64,000 nt of DNA from Limnothrix sp. BL-A-16 (GCA_041937175.2 CP166615.1:4160001-4224000), one strand, 5' to 3'. Counted from the first letter of the stretch, positions 1 through 9,861 are shown. Numbers and translations: made by a program. The notes: generated by a model from the letters alone, not told the origin.

Positions 1-3
1 GAT

Positions 4-723
4 TTGGAAAGTGCTGGGCGATCAATCCCGAATGCGATTTCCAAGGCCGTTGGGGACATTGCGGCCCAGTTGGACGCAGCGGCGATCGTGACCCTCACCA
101 AGTCCGGAGCCACCGCCCGCAACGTTTCCAAATTCCGTCCTAGTACGCCCATTTTGGCCGTCACGCCCCATGTCAACATTGCCCGCCAACTGCAATTGGT
201 GTGGGGTGTGCGGCCGCTGATGGTGTTGGATTTGCCGTCACCCACCCAAACCCTGCAAGCGGCGATCGGGCTGGCCCAAGAACAGTACGTTCTGCGCGAA
301 GGGGATTTGGTGGTGATGACCGCCGGTACGTTGCAAGGCATCTCCGGTTCCACAGACTTGATCAAAGTAGAAGTGGTGACCTCCGTGTTGGGCCGTGGCC
401 GTGGCATTGGCCAAAGCTCCGTTAGCGGTCGGGCCCGGGTGGTGAAAAACCTGATGGATGCCAACTCCTTGGAAGCGGGCGAAATCCTCGTGGCTCCTGC
501 TACCAGCGTTGATTGCATTGAAGCGATTCGCCGTGCCGGTGGCGTGATCACGGAAGATGGCAGCCTGACGGGGCACGCCGCCACGATCGCTCAGCGGTTA
601 GGCATTCCCGTGATTGTCGGTGTGGACGGGGCCACCGATGCCATTCGTGACGGGGCGATCGTGACCTTGGATGCGCCGCGCGGAGCCATCTACTCGGGAG
701 CGGTGGGAGCCATCAGCGAATAG
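4..723 (+). CDS. pyk: Pyruvate kinase, C-terminal part with PEP-utilising swivel domain (5' end lies outside the window)
   Basis: AIVTLTKSGATARNVSKFRP and LQLVWGV of the PK C domain, then GRGIG...GRARV...GHAA swivel domain typical of cyanobacterial PK. Confidence 0.95.
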   Translation: MESAGRSIPNAISKAVGDIAAQLDAAAIVTLTKSGATARNVSKFRPSTPILAVTPHVNIARQLQLVWGVRPLMVLDLPSPTQTLQAAIGLAQEQYVLREGDLVVMTAGTLQGISGSTDLIKVEVVTSVLGRGRGIGQSSVSGRARVVKNLMDANSLEAGEILVAPATSVDCIEAIRRAGGVITEDGSLTGHAATIAQRLGIPVIVGVDGATDAIRDGAIVTLDAPRGAIYSGAVGAISE

Positions 724-1443
724 TTCACGAATCGTTGGCGAGCGACTCAATGAATTAGTTCAGCGAAAGGAGCGGGCTGGGGGTGACCCGGGCGATCGCC
801 CTGTGGCGATCAAAAAACTGACCCCCGCCCTTTCCAAATTAGAGTTCAACCGGCAAAATACTGGCATCCCCCCGCCTGGTTAGCCCCGATCTCCCCACGG
901 TTGGATCATCTCCACGGGCGAACCAAGTGGCGGGAAACGATCAATGCTGCTTTAGCGTGTCAAGCCGGCTGAAGACAAGCCAGTCACGAAAAAAGCAGAC
1001 CGCAAACAGCAGATAGCCAGACAGTTAGACAGTCAGACAGGGATAAAAACAGATGGGGTAAACGCTGGGTGAGCAGTTGTTTAACCAGTGGAAATGCTTG
1101 GTTAACCTCTCAGCCCAATTCAACTCAACCCAATTCAATTCAGCCCTTGTCTTTGGAGCCTGGCAATTCTTTACCAAAGGTTCATACGGAATGGGCGAAA
1201 GTTCATCCTAGCTTTACAGACAGCTAGGGGTTTTCGCATACCCTTAAAGTTATGAAAGTGCTGAAAACGCAATAAGGGCTAAAAACTCCATTGCATTCAC
1301 GCGCTTGCGGACGAAACAAAAAAGTCACCCCTTTGGGGTCTCCGCAGCGTGCCATCTCTGTCTGACATCTCTGGCAATCTCCACAGACCCTGCTCTAACT
1401 CTCTTTTCCTGCTCTAACTCTCTTTTTACGACAACGGTTCATT

Positions 1444-1476
1444 GGGTGAGTGTGACTGACACACCACCCTTTTTTT
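1444..1476 (+). terminator. Intrinsic terminator of an unidentified upstream transcript
   Basis: GGGTG-A-GTGTG-actga-CACAC-CACCC followed by T7. Confidence 0.65.
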
Positions 1477-1750
1477 GTCCCTGGGCTTTGGGTTGCTGAT
1501 CTGACGCTGTTGGCCTAGCGCTGCTGTGGACTCGATCATCGCGGGGGGATGGCGAATCAGCCCATTAACCTTCGATCACTCTTGTTTGGAATCGAGAGCG
1601 TGAAATGGGCGACCAGCTTGTTTCGCCTAGGCTCCATCGCGATCGAGCAGACCTCAGGGCGGAGACCCGTATCAAGACCCCTAGAAGGTATTTGGCGCAA
1701 CTCGCTAGAATCAAGGTTGTTTCAGGTCATTCACAAGCCATAGGACGCGC

Positions 1751-2359
1751 ATGATCCCGACTGTTATCGAACAATCTGGCCGCGGCGAACGCGCTTTTGA
1801 TATTTATTCCCGGTTGCTGCGGGAGCGCATTGTGTTTTTGGGAACGGCGATCGATGCGGATGTGGCCAACTCGATCGTGGCGCAGCTCCTGTTCCTTGAC
1901 GCGGAAGATCCCGAACAGGATATCTACCTGTACATCAACTCCCCTGGGGGTTCGGTGACGGCTGGCATGGGCATCTATGACACGATGAATCACATCCGCC
2001 CGAGTGTTTGCACCATCTGCGTTGGGTTGGCGGCCAGCATGGGAGCGTTTTTGCTCAGTGCCGGTGAAAAGGGCAAACGGATGAGCTTGCCGAACTCTCG
2101 AATTATGATTCACCAACCCTTGGGCGGCGCACAGGGCCAAGCAACGGATATCGAAATCCAAGCTAAGGAAATTCTGTATCACAAGGCCAATCTCAACCGT
2201 TGCCTGGCGGATCACACGGGTCAACCCCTGAGCCGCATTGAAGAGGACACGGAACGTGATTTCTTCATGTCGGCTGGAGAAGCCCAGGACTATGGCCTGA
2301 TTGACCAGGTGATTAATCGTCGGCCGTCGGCTTCGGAGCCGTTGGTGGCTGCGGTTTAA
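1751..2359 (+). CDS. clpP: ATP-dependent Clp protease proteolytic subunit
   Basis: [49 protein letters not shown]. Confidence 0.97.
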   Translation: MIPTVIEQSGRGERAFDIYSRLLRERIVFLGTAIDADVANSIVAQLLFLDAEDPEQDIYLYINSPGGSVTAGMGIYDTMNHIRPSVCTICVGLAASMGAFLLSAGEKGKRMSLPNSRIMIHQPLGGAQGQATDIEIQAKEILYHKANLNRCLADHTGQPLSRIEEDTERDFFMSAGEAQDYGLIDQVINRRPSASEPLVAAV

Positions 2360-2505
2360 GATGCGGCGGCGCGGCGGCGTGGCTGAGACTGTGTAACCGG
2401 CGTAACCGGCGCTGCATAACTTGCGCTGTGGGGCGATTGGCTTGCAGTGCTGGAAAAACTGAGGGCGCGGAATTTGGCATTGAATAGCCAACGATCGCGC
2501 GGGGG

Positions 2506-2525
2506 CAAGGGGCTTAAGCCCCTTG
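2506..2525. repeat. Dispersed 20-bp palindrome CAAGGGGCTTAAGCCCCTTG (REP-like)
   Basis: Perfect palindrome; identical copies at 4831, 16359, 17427 and 61063, variant at 63974. Confidence 0.9.
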
Positions 2526-2704
2526 TCTGCTTTTGTAGGCCCCTTGTCTGTTTTTGTAGGCCTCTTGTCTGCTTTTGTAGGCCTCTTGTCTGTTTTTGTA
2601 GGCCCCTTGCCTGTTTTTGTAGGCCTCTTGTCTGTTTTTGTAGGCCCCTTGCCTGTTTTTGTAGGCCTCTTGTCTGTTTTTGTAGGCCCCTTGTCTGTTT
2701 TTGG
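2516..2704. repeat. Tandem repeat, 21-bp unit (AGGCCYCTTGYCTGYTTTTGT) x9
   Basis: Nine contiguous units with no spacers; the first unit is the right half of the 20-bp palindrome. Confidence 0.95.
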
Positions 2705-2760
2705 GGGATGAGGCCAGAGCGAGTCGTTGCCTTGAAGATGGCTGGCTGGGCTTGATGTTT

Positions 2761-3891
2761 CTAGAGGCGCAGGGCGATATGGTTGTCGATGCGCGCGATC
2801 GAGCCGTCGGGGCCGATCGCCCCAAATTGTTGACAGTAGTCCCGCACGATCGGGGGCAATTGCTGAAACTCAAAGAGCGTGTCCCCATTGGCCACATCGG
2901 CCCAGAAATTCCGCAACTGAGGAGCCAGCAAGAGCGCTTCGTCTTGCGATAGCCCCAAACCGCCATACATCAGCATTTTCAACATAAACGGCGGACTTCG
3001 ATCGCCCATCCACTGTCGAGAAAGGGCGGGCAAATCTTCCCAGCCGGGAACGGACTTCACGCGGCCCGATTCCACCTCCAACCAAGGATGACCCGCGCGA
3101 TCGCGCCGCAAAGTTACCAGGCGGAAGGGGTGGGGATAGCTGACCAAGGAGCCGGTGGTGATGTCATAGAGTCCGTCAGCTTCGGCAATGTCCTGCACAT
3201 GGAGATGGCCCGTAAAAACTAACTGGATCCCGGCCGATCGTAGCTTTTGGCGCAATTCGATCGCGTTTTGGAGCATGTAACGACGGCCCAGGGGGTGAGT
3301 CGCCTGTTCCGGCAAATGCTCCACCACGTTGTGATGCACCATCACCAGGGTCAGATCCTGCGGGTTGAGCTGGGCAAGGGTGCGATCGAGCCAGGCCATT
3401 TGCTCCGCATCGATCGCCCCAACAATCTCCTTGCCATCCTCGGAAAGTTGATTGGAATTCAGACCAATCAGTTTCAGACCGGGCAGTAGTTCCCGGATGT
3501 AATAGGGCTGCTGGGAATCCCCATAGCCAAAGTCCTGATACAGCGCCACAAACTCCGGCAAAGTCGTGATGCGGGGGTAGCTCGATTGGGCAGGAAAATC
3601 ATGGTTGCCCGGAACCACATAAACCGGATAGGGCAACTGTTTCAGCCGTTGTACCAGCCATTGATGATTTTCTGGTTCGCCATGTTGCGTCAGGTCACCG
3701 GGCAACAACAGGAAGTCTAAATTCAGTTGCTCCAGTCGCTCCAGGATTTGCTCCAGGGCCGGAATCGCCACCTCCACCAAGTGAAATCGACTCGGATGGT
3801 CCCAAACCGTGTGGGGCAAAGCGACATGTAAATCGCTGATGACGGCAAAGCGGCAGGGGCGATCGGGCCACGGGGCGATCGAGGAGGACAT
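2761..3891 (-). CDS. Calcineurin-like metallophosphoesterase
   Basis: SDLH, GDLT, GNHD, HH and GHLH metal-binding motifs in order. Confidence 0.9.
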   Translation of the reverse strand: MSSSIAPWPDRPCRFAVISDLHVALPHTVWDHPSRFHLVEVAIPALEQILERLEQLNLDFLLLPGDLTQHGEPENHQWLVQRLKQLPYPVYVVPGNHDFPAQSSYPRITTLPEFVALYQDFGYGDSQQPYYIRELLPGLKLIGLNSNQLSEDGKEIVGAIDAEQMAWLDRTLAQLNPQDLTLVMVHHNVVEHLPEQATHPLGRRYMLQNAIELRQKLRSAGIQLVFTGHLHVQDIAEADGLYDITTGSLVSYPHPFRLVTLRRDRAGHPWLEVESGRVKSVPGWEDLPALSRQWMGDRSPPFMLKMLMYGGLGLSQDEALLLAPQLRNFWADVANGDTLFEFQQLPPIVRDYCQQFGAIGPDGSIARIDNHIALRL

Positions 3892-4137
3892 AGGAAGCGA
3901 TGAACGGGGGCTGAAGAACTAGACAAGGACGATCCCCGCTCAAAAACGAGTATAGCCTTGCGTTTCCGCCCCCGGGCGCGATCGGGACTAAAGCAAGCAA
4001 TCTGTAGTGATTTTTAAATCGTTATTAACGCATGTGCTGATGAAGTAGTGAAATGATGGCTGACCTGATGACTAAACTGATGACTACAAAGGCTTTCCGC
4101 TTCAAATGGAGAAAACAAGATAATTTTCGTCAAGTAT

Positions 4138-4168
4138 TTTGTAAAAAAAATTTACAAAGTGCTATACT
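4138..4168 (+). promoter_or_regulatory. Probable sigma70-type promoter overlapped by an inverted repeat
   Basis: TTGTAA-N18-TATACT; TTTGTAAA-N5-TTTACAAA inverted repeat covers the -35 element. Confidence 0.5.
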
Positions 4169-4216
4169 GTGAAGCACAGGGCAACAAACAGCCCCCACAC
4201 CCTTCGGAGCAGTGCC

Positions 4217-4396
4217 ATGTACACCACCACTAACGAAACCGGCCAACTGAACAACTACGCCAAAGAGCCGAAGATGTACTACGCGCATTACCCCACCCTT
4301 TGGGAACAGCGCCGCTACGCGCAATTGGGTGGAGCCGCAGTCCTATTCCTGGGGCTAACTTTGGCAATTGCCTTCGCTGCATCCTCAGTGGCCTAG
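4217..4396 (+). CDS. Ssl1498-family small single-helix membrane protein (Psb34-like)
   Basis: MYTT..ETGQLNNYAKEPKMYYAHYP...QRRY followed by a hydrophobic helix; ATG at 4217 preceded by GGAG. Confidence 0.85.
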   Translation: MYTTTNETGQLNNYAKEPKMYYAHYPTLWEQRRYAQLGGAAVLFLGLTLAIAFAASSVA

Positions 4397-4775
4397 AGCA
4401 TTGGAACCTTCGGGGTTAGTGTTAGCAGAGTCAACCCCTTTCTGCACCCGTAAGGGTGGTCGTTGACTTCTAATCTCGTTGATGATCCACAATGACGGTT
4501 TGCAGCAACTTCCCAAAGTAATGTCCTGCAATGGTTGCCCGCAGCAATTACTTGCCACGACGATCTTTAGTCACCAATGGCTACTGTTGTCTGTAGCAAA
4601 CCAGCCGCCATAAATAATACGAAAGCCACCCCAGTGCTGAACATCGAGGTGGCTTTTGTTGTTTTTAAGACTCGAATAGAAGTTAATAACCCTCTTGTCC
4701 CTCAATGCTTTCTTTTCACTGGGGCAAAGGGGATGCGGCAATAAGGCTAACCATGTAATCATTTCGTTAGGGCTA

Positions 4776-4860
4776 GGGCCTGCTGTCAATTGCCCGAAAG
4801 CCTGATTCCACCGTGAGTAAATCGTGGGGGCAAGGGGCTTAAGCCCCTTGTTATGACGAC
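4776..4860. mobile_element. Truncated copy of MITE family A (one terminus plus the palindrome)
   Basis: TA-GGGCCTGCTGTCAATTGCCCGAAA...ATCGTGGGGGCAAGGGGCTTAAGCCCCTTGTTATGACGAC aligns with 16301-16443 and with the reverse complement of 60997-61139. Confidence 0.7.
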
Positions 4861-4929
4861 TGATTCCCGTTGTTATGGCAACTGATTCCCGTTGTTATGG
4901 CAACTGATTCCCGTTGTTATGGCAACTGA
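4848..4929. repeat. Tandem repeat, 22-bp unit TTGTTATGGCAACTGATTCCCG x~3.7
   Basis: Contiguous units that begin at the palindrome's right arm. Confidence 0.9.
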
Positions 4930-4969
4930 CTTCGCAACTTTGACCCCATAAATTAGGGCGGCCACGCTA

Positions 4970-5485
4970 CTAGGCAAAGTCTGAAGGGATCGTCGTGGCG
5001 CTATTGGGCAGTGGATTGGGAATCATGTCGCCCTCTTGCCACTGTTGAACTTGGGAAAAGAGGTTGCGAACGGTTTCTTGAAAAGCTTCTCGGGTTACTT
5101 CAATACCTTGCATGACATCGCCGGGAATGTCGAAAAATACGAGGCTATCGATCGTTTCCATAGCCATCAGTTGAAACAAGATGTGCGTGACGGGAAACGG
5201 GGCCGCCATCAGGTTGGGATCTTTGGTGGGCATGGGGCCGCGGGCTGCGTCTTGCAGGCTGGGAAAGGCGTAGACTACATTTTTCTCGACTCCCTGTTCA
5301 CGGCGGTTCCCGAGGGTGACGCGCACCCAATCGCCATTCAGGGTTTGTAGGATGTAGTAGTCTTCGCGACTCAGTTGGTTGGCGAAGTAAATCAATGCTG
5401 GGGCGATCGCGGCAACGATTTCGGGAGTTTGACCGTCTTGGGGGGCATTGTCGATCAGAATTTGAATTTGGCTTTCAATATCCAT
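4970..5485 (-). CDS. Conserved cyanobacterial hypothetical protein, divergent from hetZ
   Basis: 171-aa ATG ORF with protein-like composition (LIDNAPQDGQTP..., YYILQ, VVYAF). Confidence 0.8.
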   Translation of the reverse strand: MDIESQIQILIDNAPQDGQTPEIVAAIAPALIYFANQLSREDYYILQTLNGDWVRVTLGNRREQGVEKNVVYAFPSLQDAARGPMPTKDPNLMAAPFPVTHILFQLMAMETIDSLVFFDIPGDVMQGIEVTREAFQETVRNLFSQVQQWQEGDMIPNPLPNSATTIPSDFA

Positions 5486-5779
5486 AGGTTCAATGAAGAA
5501 GACGAAAAATGACGGTCAAGCTAGGCAGGGTGAGTAGCATTTTTAGCAATAGCCCTAGCGGCGATCGCTTACGCCACAGCGATCGCCGCGCTTTGCCGCA
5601 AGCATTGTGCCTGCGGGTTCTGTGGCAAGTCGTTGGGGACTAATGGGGGTTACCGATCGCACAGGCGGTGTAATCGTCTGTGGTGGTCATCGCTGAGTCG
5701 ATTATGCTTGTCATGGTAAACCGTTCCGTAGGACATCTCCGGAGTCTTGGGGTGGCATCAGTCGCAATGGTCGGTTGTA

Positions 5780-6958
5780 ATGTTGGCATCAGACGAGAGT
5801 TGTAGGGGCGTGGAATCGACGATCGATTTATTGCAGCGGGAGTTGCGGTCAGGAACGACGGCTCCAGAGGCGGTTTGTGCAGCGGTGGCCGATCGAATTG
5901 CGGCAGAAGTCGATCGCATCTGTACTGAAAGTCGTCGGATCCAGTCTTCCGGGGATGTGTTGGGTTGGGCCCACAGCCTGGCTCGTCACCGATTGCAACA
6001 GAATTTGCGCTATTACCAGTTGGGATCCCAACGCGGCCGAGCCGAGTTGCACAGTACCCTCAGTGCCATCATTTACCGATACATTTCCCCAGCCCGATCG
6101 CGCACGAGCTATCAAGCGCGGCTGTTGGCGATCGAGGATTTCCTCCAGGGATTTTATGTGGAAGCGCTAGGGGCTTTTCGGCGCGAAAACCAGTTGCCCC
6201 CAGACTATACCCCTCGGGTACGGCTGGAGTTGGCGGAATATATGGCGTTTGTGGAGCGCTACGCCAAGCGCCGGATTCCGTTGCCCGGTGGGCGATCGCA
6301 GCAGTTGATTGTGTTGCGGGCCCAAACCTTTGCCCGTCAACAGCCCCCGGAAACCTCAATCGACATGGATCAGGCCGCCGAAAGCGCCAGTGATAGCGGT
6401 GAGGGCTACTCCTGGGATGATGCATCGGTGCAGCAAGTGCGCGATCGAATCAGCGCCAAGGAATCCACCGATGTGATGGATGGGGCCCTGCGCCAGGCGG
6501 TTGTGGATGAATTAATTGCTTACCTGCGCGATCGTAACCAAGAGGAATGCGTTAACTATTTGGTGCTGCGATTAAAAGACTTATCCGCCAGCGAGATTGA
6601 GAAAGTCTTGGGTCTGGATGCCCGCCAGCGCGATTACTTACAACAGCGTTTTAAATATCACCTCATTCGCTTTGCTTTGCTCCACCGTTGGGAATTGGTT
6701 CACCAGTGGCTTGATGTGGATTTGGAGCGCGATTTAGGCTTAACCCCTCGTCAATGGGAAAGTTTGCTCAATCAACTGGGCCCGGAAATTACCAAATTGG
6801 TGGAGCTAAAACGCGCGGGATCAGATGATCGAACCGTGGCCCAAGCGATGGGGATCAGCGCTTCTCAAGTGCAAAAGCTATGGTTCAAGTTGCTGGAAAC
6901 CGCTTGGGAAATTCGTAATCGCACAGAGTCCGGAACGAGGAGGGGGACAGATGAATAG
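5780..6958 (+). CDS. hetZ: HetZ-family regulator
   Basis: LRYYQLGSQRGRAELHSTLSAIIYRYI, IEDFLQGFY, QRDYLQQRFKYHLIRFALLHRWELVH and a C-terminal HTH-like segment match HetZ as recalled; start placed at the first ATG. Confidence 0.88.
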   Translation: MLASDESCRGVESTIDLLQRELRSGTTAPEAVCAAVADRIAAEVDRICTESRRIQSSGDVLGWAHSLARHRLQQNLRYYQLGSQRGRAELHSTLSAIIYRYISPARSRTSYQARLLAIEDFLQGFYVEALGAFRRENQLPPDYTPRVRLELAEYMAFVERYAKRRIPLPGGRSQQLIVLRAQTFARQQPPETSIDMDQAAESASDSGEGYSWDDASVQQVRDRISAKESTDVMDGALRQAVVDELIAYLRDRNQEECVNYLVLRLKDLSASEIEKVLGLDARQRDYLQQRFKYHLIRFALLHRWELVHQWLDVDLERDLGLTPRQWESLLNQLGPEITKLVELKRAGSDDRTVAQAMGISASQVQKLWFKLLETAWEIRNRTESGTRRGTDE

Positions 6959-8069
6959 CAACTTAGATAGCGTTCCCGGTGCGTTGCAAGCGCAGCTCTT
7001 GGGCCAGTTATTGGATGTGGCCAAGGAACTCGACCCCACAACCACCCCTGATCAGTCCCGATCGCCTGAGCCGATTGAACTTGGGGCAACCCAGCTTGAG
7101 CCGATCGAGATTGATCAGGCGATCGAACAGGCCCTCGCTGCCCATGCCTTCGATCCCGCTGATCTCCTAGAGGGCGACTTTTCTGCCCTTGCGGATCCGG
7201 CGATCAACCCCGCACCAGCGCGATCGCTATCCCCCAGCGATTTATCGGTTGCGAATCCTATGCTCGAACTTGATGCAATGCCCGTCGTTGACCAGCGCTA
7301 TCATGCCCTGCTGAAACAGCGGTTGATTCTAGAAGCCTCCCAGCGCCCTCCCCTGTTTCCTTGGGAGTCGCCCGAAACGGCGCTAGATTATCGCGACACT
7401 TACGAGGACGCACCCTCGATCGCCCAAGTTCCCCAAAATCCCTGGCTACGGCAGTTTCAGCAGCTCAATCTACCCACGAACCTGCCAGCGGAATTGGCCG
7501 AACGACTCTTGGCCGCTTGCCAAACCGTTGCCGCCCAGGCGCTCAAAGAAGGCGTAGCCCTCATGCAAGCCGTGGATGAGCTATTTCCCGACCAAGACCG
7601 CCTGCTGAATGCCCAAGCCTCCGTCGTGTTGCGCTGGGCAACGGCCGTGCGTACAGGCGCTGCCAATCGCTTCCCCATGGAATATGTGGAATACGATCGC
7701 GCCAATCCCCAGCAGCAAATGACCATTGCCCTGTTGGCCGCGCGGGAACTGCTGAACCGCCTGACCCTCGAACTCAGCGCCAAAACCCCCCAGGTCACCC
7801 AAGAATGGCTAGCCGATGGTGGTGCTTTGCGGATTGAGGCCCACTACATCCCCCAAGCCGATCGCCCTGCCTTGAACCTCACCCTCCGGCTTCCCGGCAC
7901 GGGCACCGCCACCCTCAACGGCCCCCAGGCCTCCGTGCAAGCGGCTGGAGAAGGCCTCCTGCGCCTGTCCATGCGGAACGTCAAACCGGGCGATCGCTAC
8001 CGGCTGTCCGTGGCCCAAGTGAGCGAAACGGAGCTTCCTCCCTTGACCTTCACGATTTTGGTGCGCTAG
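6951..8069 (+). CDS. patU: PatU-family protein (single unsplit ORF)
   Basis: ATG overlaps the hetZ end (ATGAATAG) with a GAGGAG RBS; ALLKQRL...PPLFPWE and QQQMTIALLAARELL motifs; position directly after hetZ. Confidence 0.8.
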   Translation: MNSNLDSVPGALQAQLLGQLLDVAKELDPTTTPDQSRSPEPIELGATQLEPIEIDQAIEQALAAHAFDPADLLEGDFSALADPAINPAPARSLSPSDLSVANPMLELDAMPVVDQRYHALLKQRLILEASQRPPLFPWESPETALDYRDTYEDAPSIAQVPQNPWLRQFQQLNLPTNLPAELAERLLAACQTVAAQALKEGVALMQAVDELFPDQDRLLNAQASVVLRWATAVRTGAANRFPMEYVEYDRANPQQQMTIALLAARELLNRLTLELSAKTPQVTQEWLADGGALRIEAHYIPQADRPALNLTLRLPGTGTATLNGPQASVQAAGEGLLRLSMRNVKPGDRYRLSVAQVSETELPPLTFTILVR

Positions 8070-8072
8070 CTG

Positions 8073-8115
8073 CCCACGAACGAACAGCCACGAACGAGCG
8101 GCCACGAACGAGCGG
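8073..8115. repeat. Short tandem repeat CCACGAACGAGCGG x3 (imperfect)
   Basis: Seen directly after the patU stop codon. Confidence 0.7.
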
Positions 8116-8362
8116 CCCCGGGCAACCGACCGTGAGCGATTCGCCATGAACTGAGATCCCGTCAAATTGCGGGCGTGACTCAAGAGCGCGACTCGGGAGC
8201 ATGACCCAGATTTAGCAACCTGCCTGTTGTAAAAGTAATCGAGTCAGGCGATACACTAAAAGACGGGCGATCGCACGATCCAGCGACCTATCCATCGCCT
8301 GCCCCGAGGTCATCCCTCTAAGGAAAGTCCTCATCCGTTTTGCTAAATCCAGAACGCTCGCC

Positions 8363-8599
8363 ATGACCCTACCCCTCACTGTTGAAAACGTCGAAACCAC
8401 CCTTGATGAACTTCGTCCCTACCTAATGGCTGACGGCGGCAACGTTCAGCTTGTTGAAATTGACGGGCCCGTTGTCAAGCTGCGTCTCCAAGGTGCTTGT
8501 GGTTCTTGCCCCAGCTCGGCCATGACCCTGCGGATGGGCATTGAGCGTCGTCTGAAGGAAGTGATCCCCGAAATTGCCGAAATTGAACAAGTGGTTTAA
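8363..8599 (+). CDS. nfuA: Nfu/NifU C-terminal-domain Fe-S scaffold or carrier
   Basis: [15 protein letters not shown]...[20 protein letters not shown]. Confidence 0.95.
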   Translation: MTLPLTVENVETTLDELRPYLMADGGNVQLVEIDGPVVKLRLQGACGSCPSSAMTLRMGIERRLKEVIPEIAEIEQVV

Positions 8600-8700
8600 A
8601 TCGTTTACCCGAGCCTTGGGTTTGAGTCTCAACACTGAAACCTTTGACTCTCAAAAAAAAGTCAACACAGCCACTAAATACAACTGATCGATCGCTGATA

Positions 8701-8727
8701 AAACAAGGGGCTTTTGCTCCTTGTTTT
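8701..8727 (+). terminator. Probable terminator after nfuA
   Basis: AAAACAAGGGGC-TTTT-GCTCCTTGTTTT hairpin, which also resembles the dispersed palindrome. Confidence 0.6.
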
Positions 8728-9099
8728 CTTATTTGATTGTTCTGTTGTGAATTGTTTTCTATGAATTTTCTTGTTTGTTCTCTTTGAATCTTGTTTAGCC
8801 CCCAGCGAGAGTTATTGTCTATTGAAAAATATCTAATTAATAGCTCAAGAAATTTAAAAACTTACGTATACGGGTCGAATTTGATTCGCATTTCTTTGAT
8901 TTGGGAATTTTGACTCACAAATAAAAATCTTCACGAAAACGTGAATAATAGTTGCTCTTGACCTTGATTCTTATTGGAAAAGAGAGATCAAAATTCCAGA
9001 AATCTAGAAGCCCAAAAATACAAAAATCTAGCCATCTAAAAACTAAAATCAGACAATAAAAATGTTACCGAAATACTTTCAGTAAAAGAGTTTAAATAT

Positions 9100-9132
9100 A
9101 AACAGGCAAGGAGCTGATGTTCCTTGCCTGTT
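9100..9132 (-). terminator. Probable terminator hairpin downstream of the DUF4327 gene
   Basis: AACAGGCAAGGAGC-TGAT-GTTCCTTGCCTGTT. Confidence 0.5.
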
Positions 9133-9523
9133 CAACGTTTGCGCCGCTTGGCGATCTGGATTACTTCAGCCTGTTTTCAGACATTCATTGAAATTTGTTG
9201 ATCGACACTCTGTTAGATCCATTGATTGATAGACTGCGATTGATAGATTGAGTCTGATCAATCAACTTAATAGATCTAACCGGAGCTAACTAGACCTAAT
9301 TAGTGCTGCTTAGATCTTGGGGTGAGTCTCAACGAGGCTGAATCTGAATGGGTCTGAATTAATCGCAGCAAGAGAGTGTATGTACCTCAGCCGATCGGCA
9401 TGTGATTCTCTGATTTGGCGAGCGAAAGTTTCAAACTTGATGGGCGACAATGCCCACGTGATTCCACAGGGTAGCTTAAGGTTGGGCAAGCCAATTAATG
9501 TGCGTTTGATGGGGCTACTGGTC

Positions 9524-9748
9524 TTAATCGTTAGTCCATTCTTCGTGACTGAGCAGGTCTCCCACGCAGTCCCGGAGCAGATAGTCACACCGCTCTAGCT
9601 CAAACTCCACACAAGTCCATTCCCGAGGCGGAATAAATTGGCAGAGGACATAGAGGGGCTGATGACGATCCACGTTTCCCGTTTCCACGAGATGGCGGGC
9701 TTCGTCTCGGATCTCGTCGATCGAGTAACGCAGTTTCGTTTGCAGCAT
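9524..9748 (-). CDS. DUF4327-family small cyanobacterial protein
   Basis: YSIDEIRDEARHLV..G.VDRHQPLY.LC..IP.REW..VE.ELE..DYLLRD...DL...E.W..D pattern. Confidence 0.85.
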   Translation of the reverse strand: MLQTKLRYSIDEIRDEARHLVETGNVDRHQPLYVLCQFIPPREWTCVEFELERCDYLLRDCVGDLLSHEEWTND

Positions 9749-9847
9749 ATAGAAGGCCCTCTTGGCGATCGATTCGGATGGTTCGGTATGGCTCGATTCA
9801 AATGCACCCTACTGTAACGCACCAAATTTATCTATGGCTGTTGCTTA

Positions 9848-9861
9848 GTAGCGGGCAATAC
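9848..9861. promoter_or_regulatory. Possible NtcA box upstream of the DUF4327 gene
   Basis: GTA-GCGGGCAA-TAC (GTA-N8-TAC) about 100 nt before the ATG; no canonically spaced -10 element. Confidence 0.3.

Noticed and set aside
1305..1499. 64-aa CxxC small protein
   Set aside because: TTG start with no clear RBS, runs through a tandem duplication and a terminator hairpin; cannot be supported as a CDS
2516..2704. CRISPR array or repeat protein (RPLVCFC)n / (YKNRQEA)n
   Set aside because: Units are contiguous with no unique spacers and no cas genes are nearby; the ORFs in several frames are a by-product of a stop-free 21-bp unit
4848..4929. Mini CRISPR array
   Set aside because: 22-bp units are head-to-tail without spacers
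5738..5743. DIF1 motif TCCGGA upstream of hetZ
   Set aside because: A 6-mer that occurs many times in this window, with no suitably spaced -10 element; suggestive only
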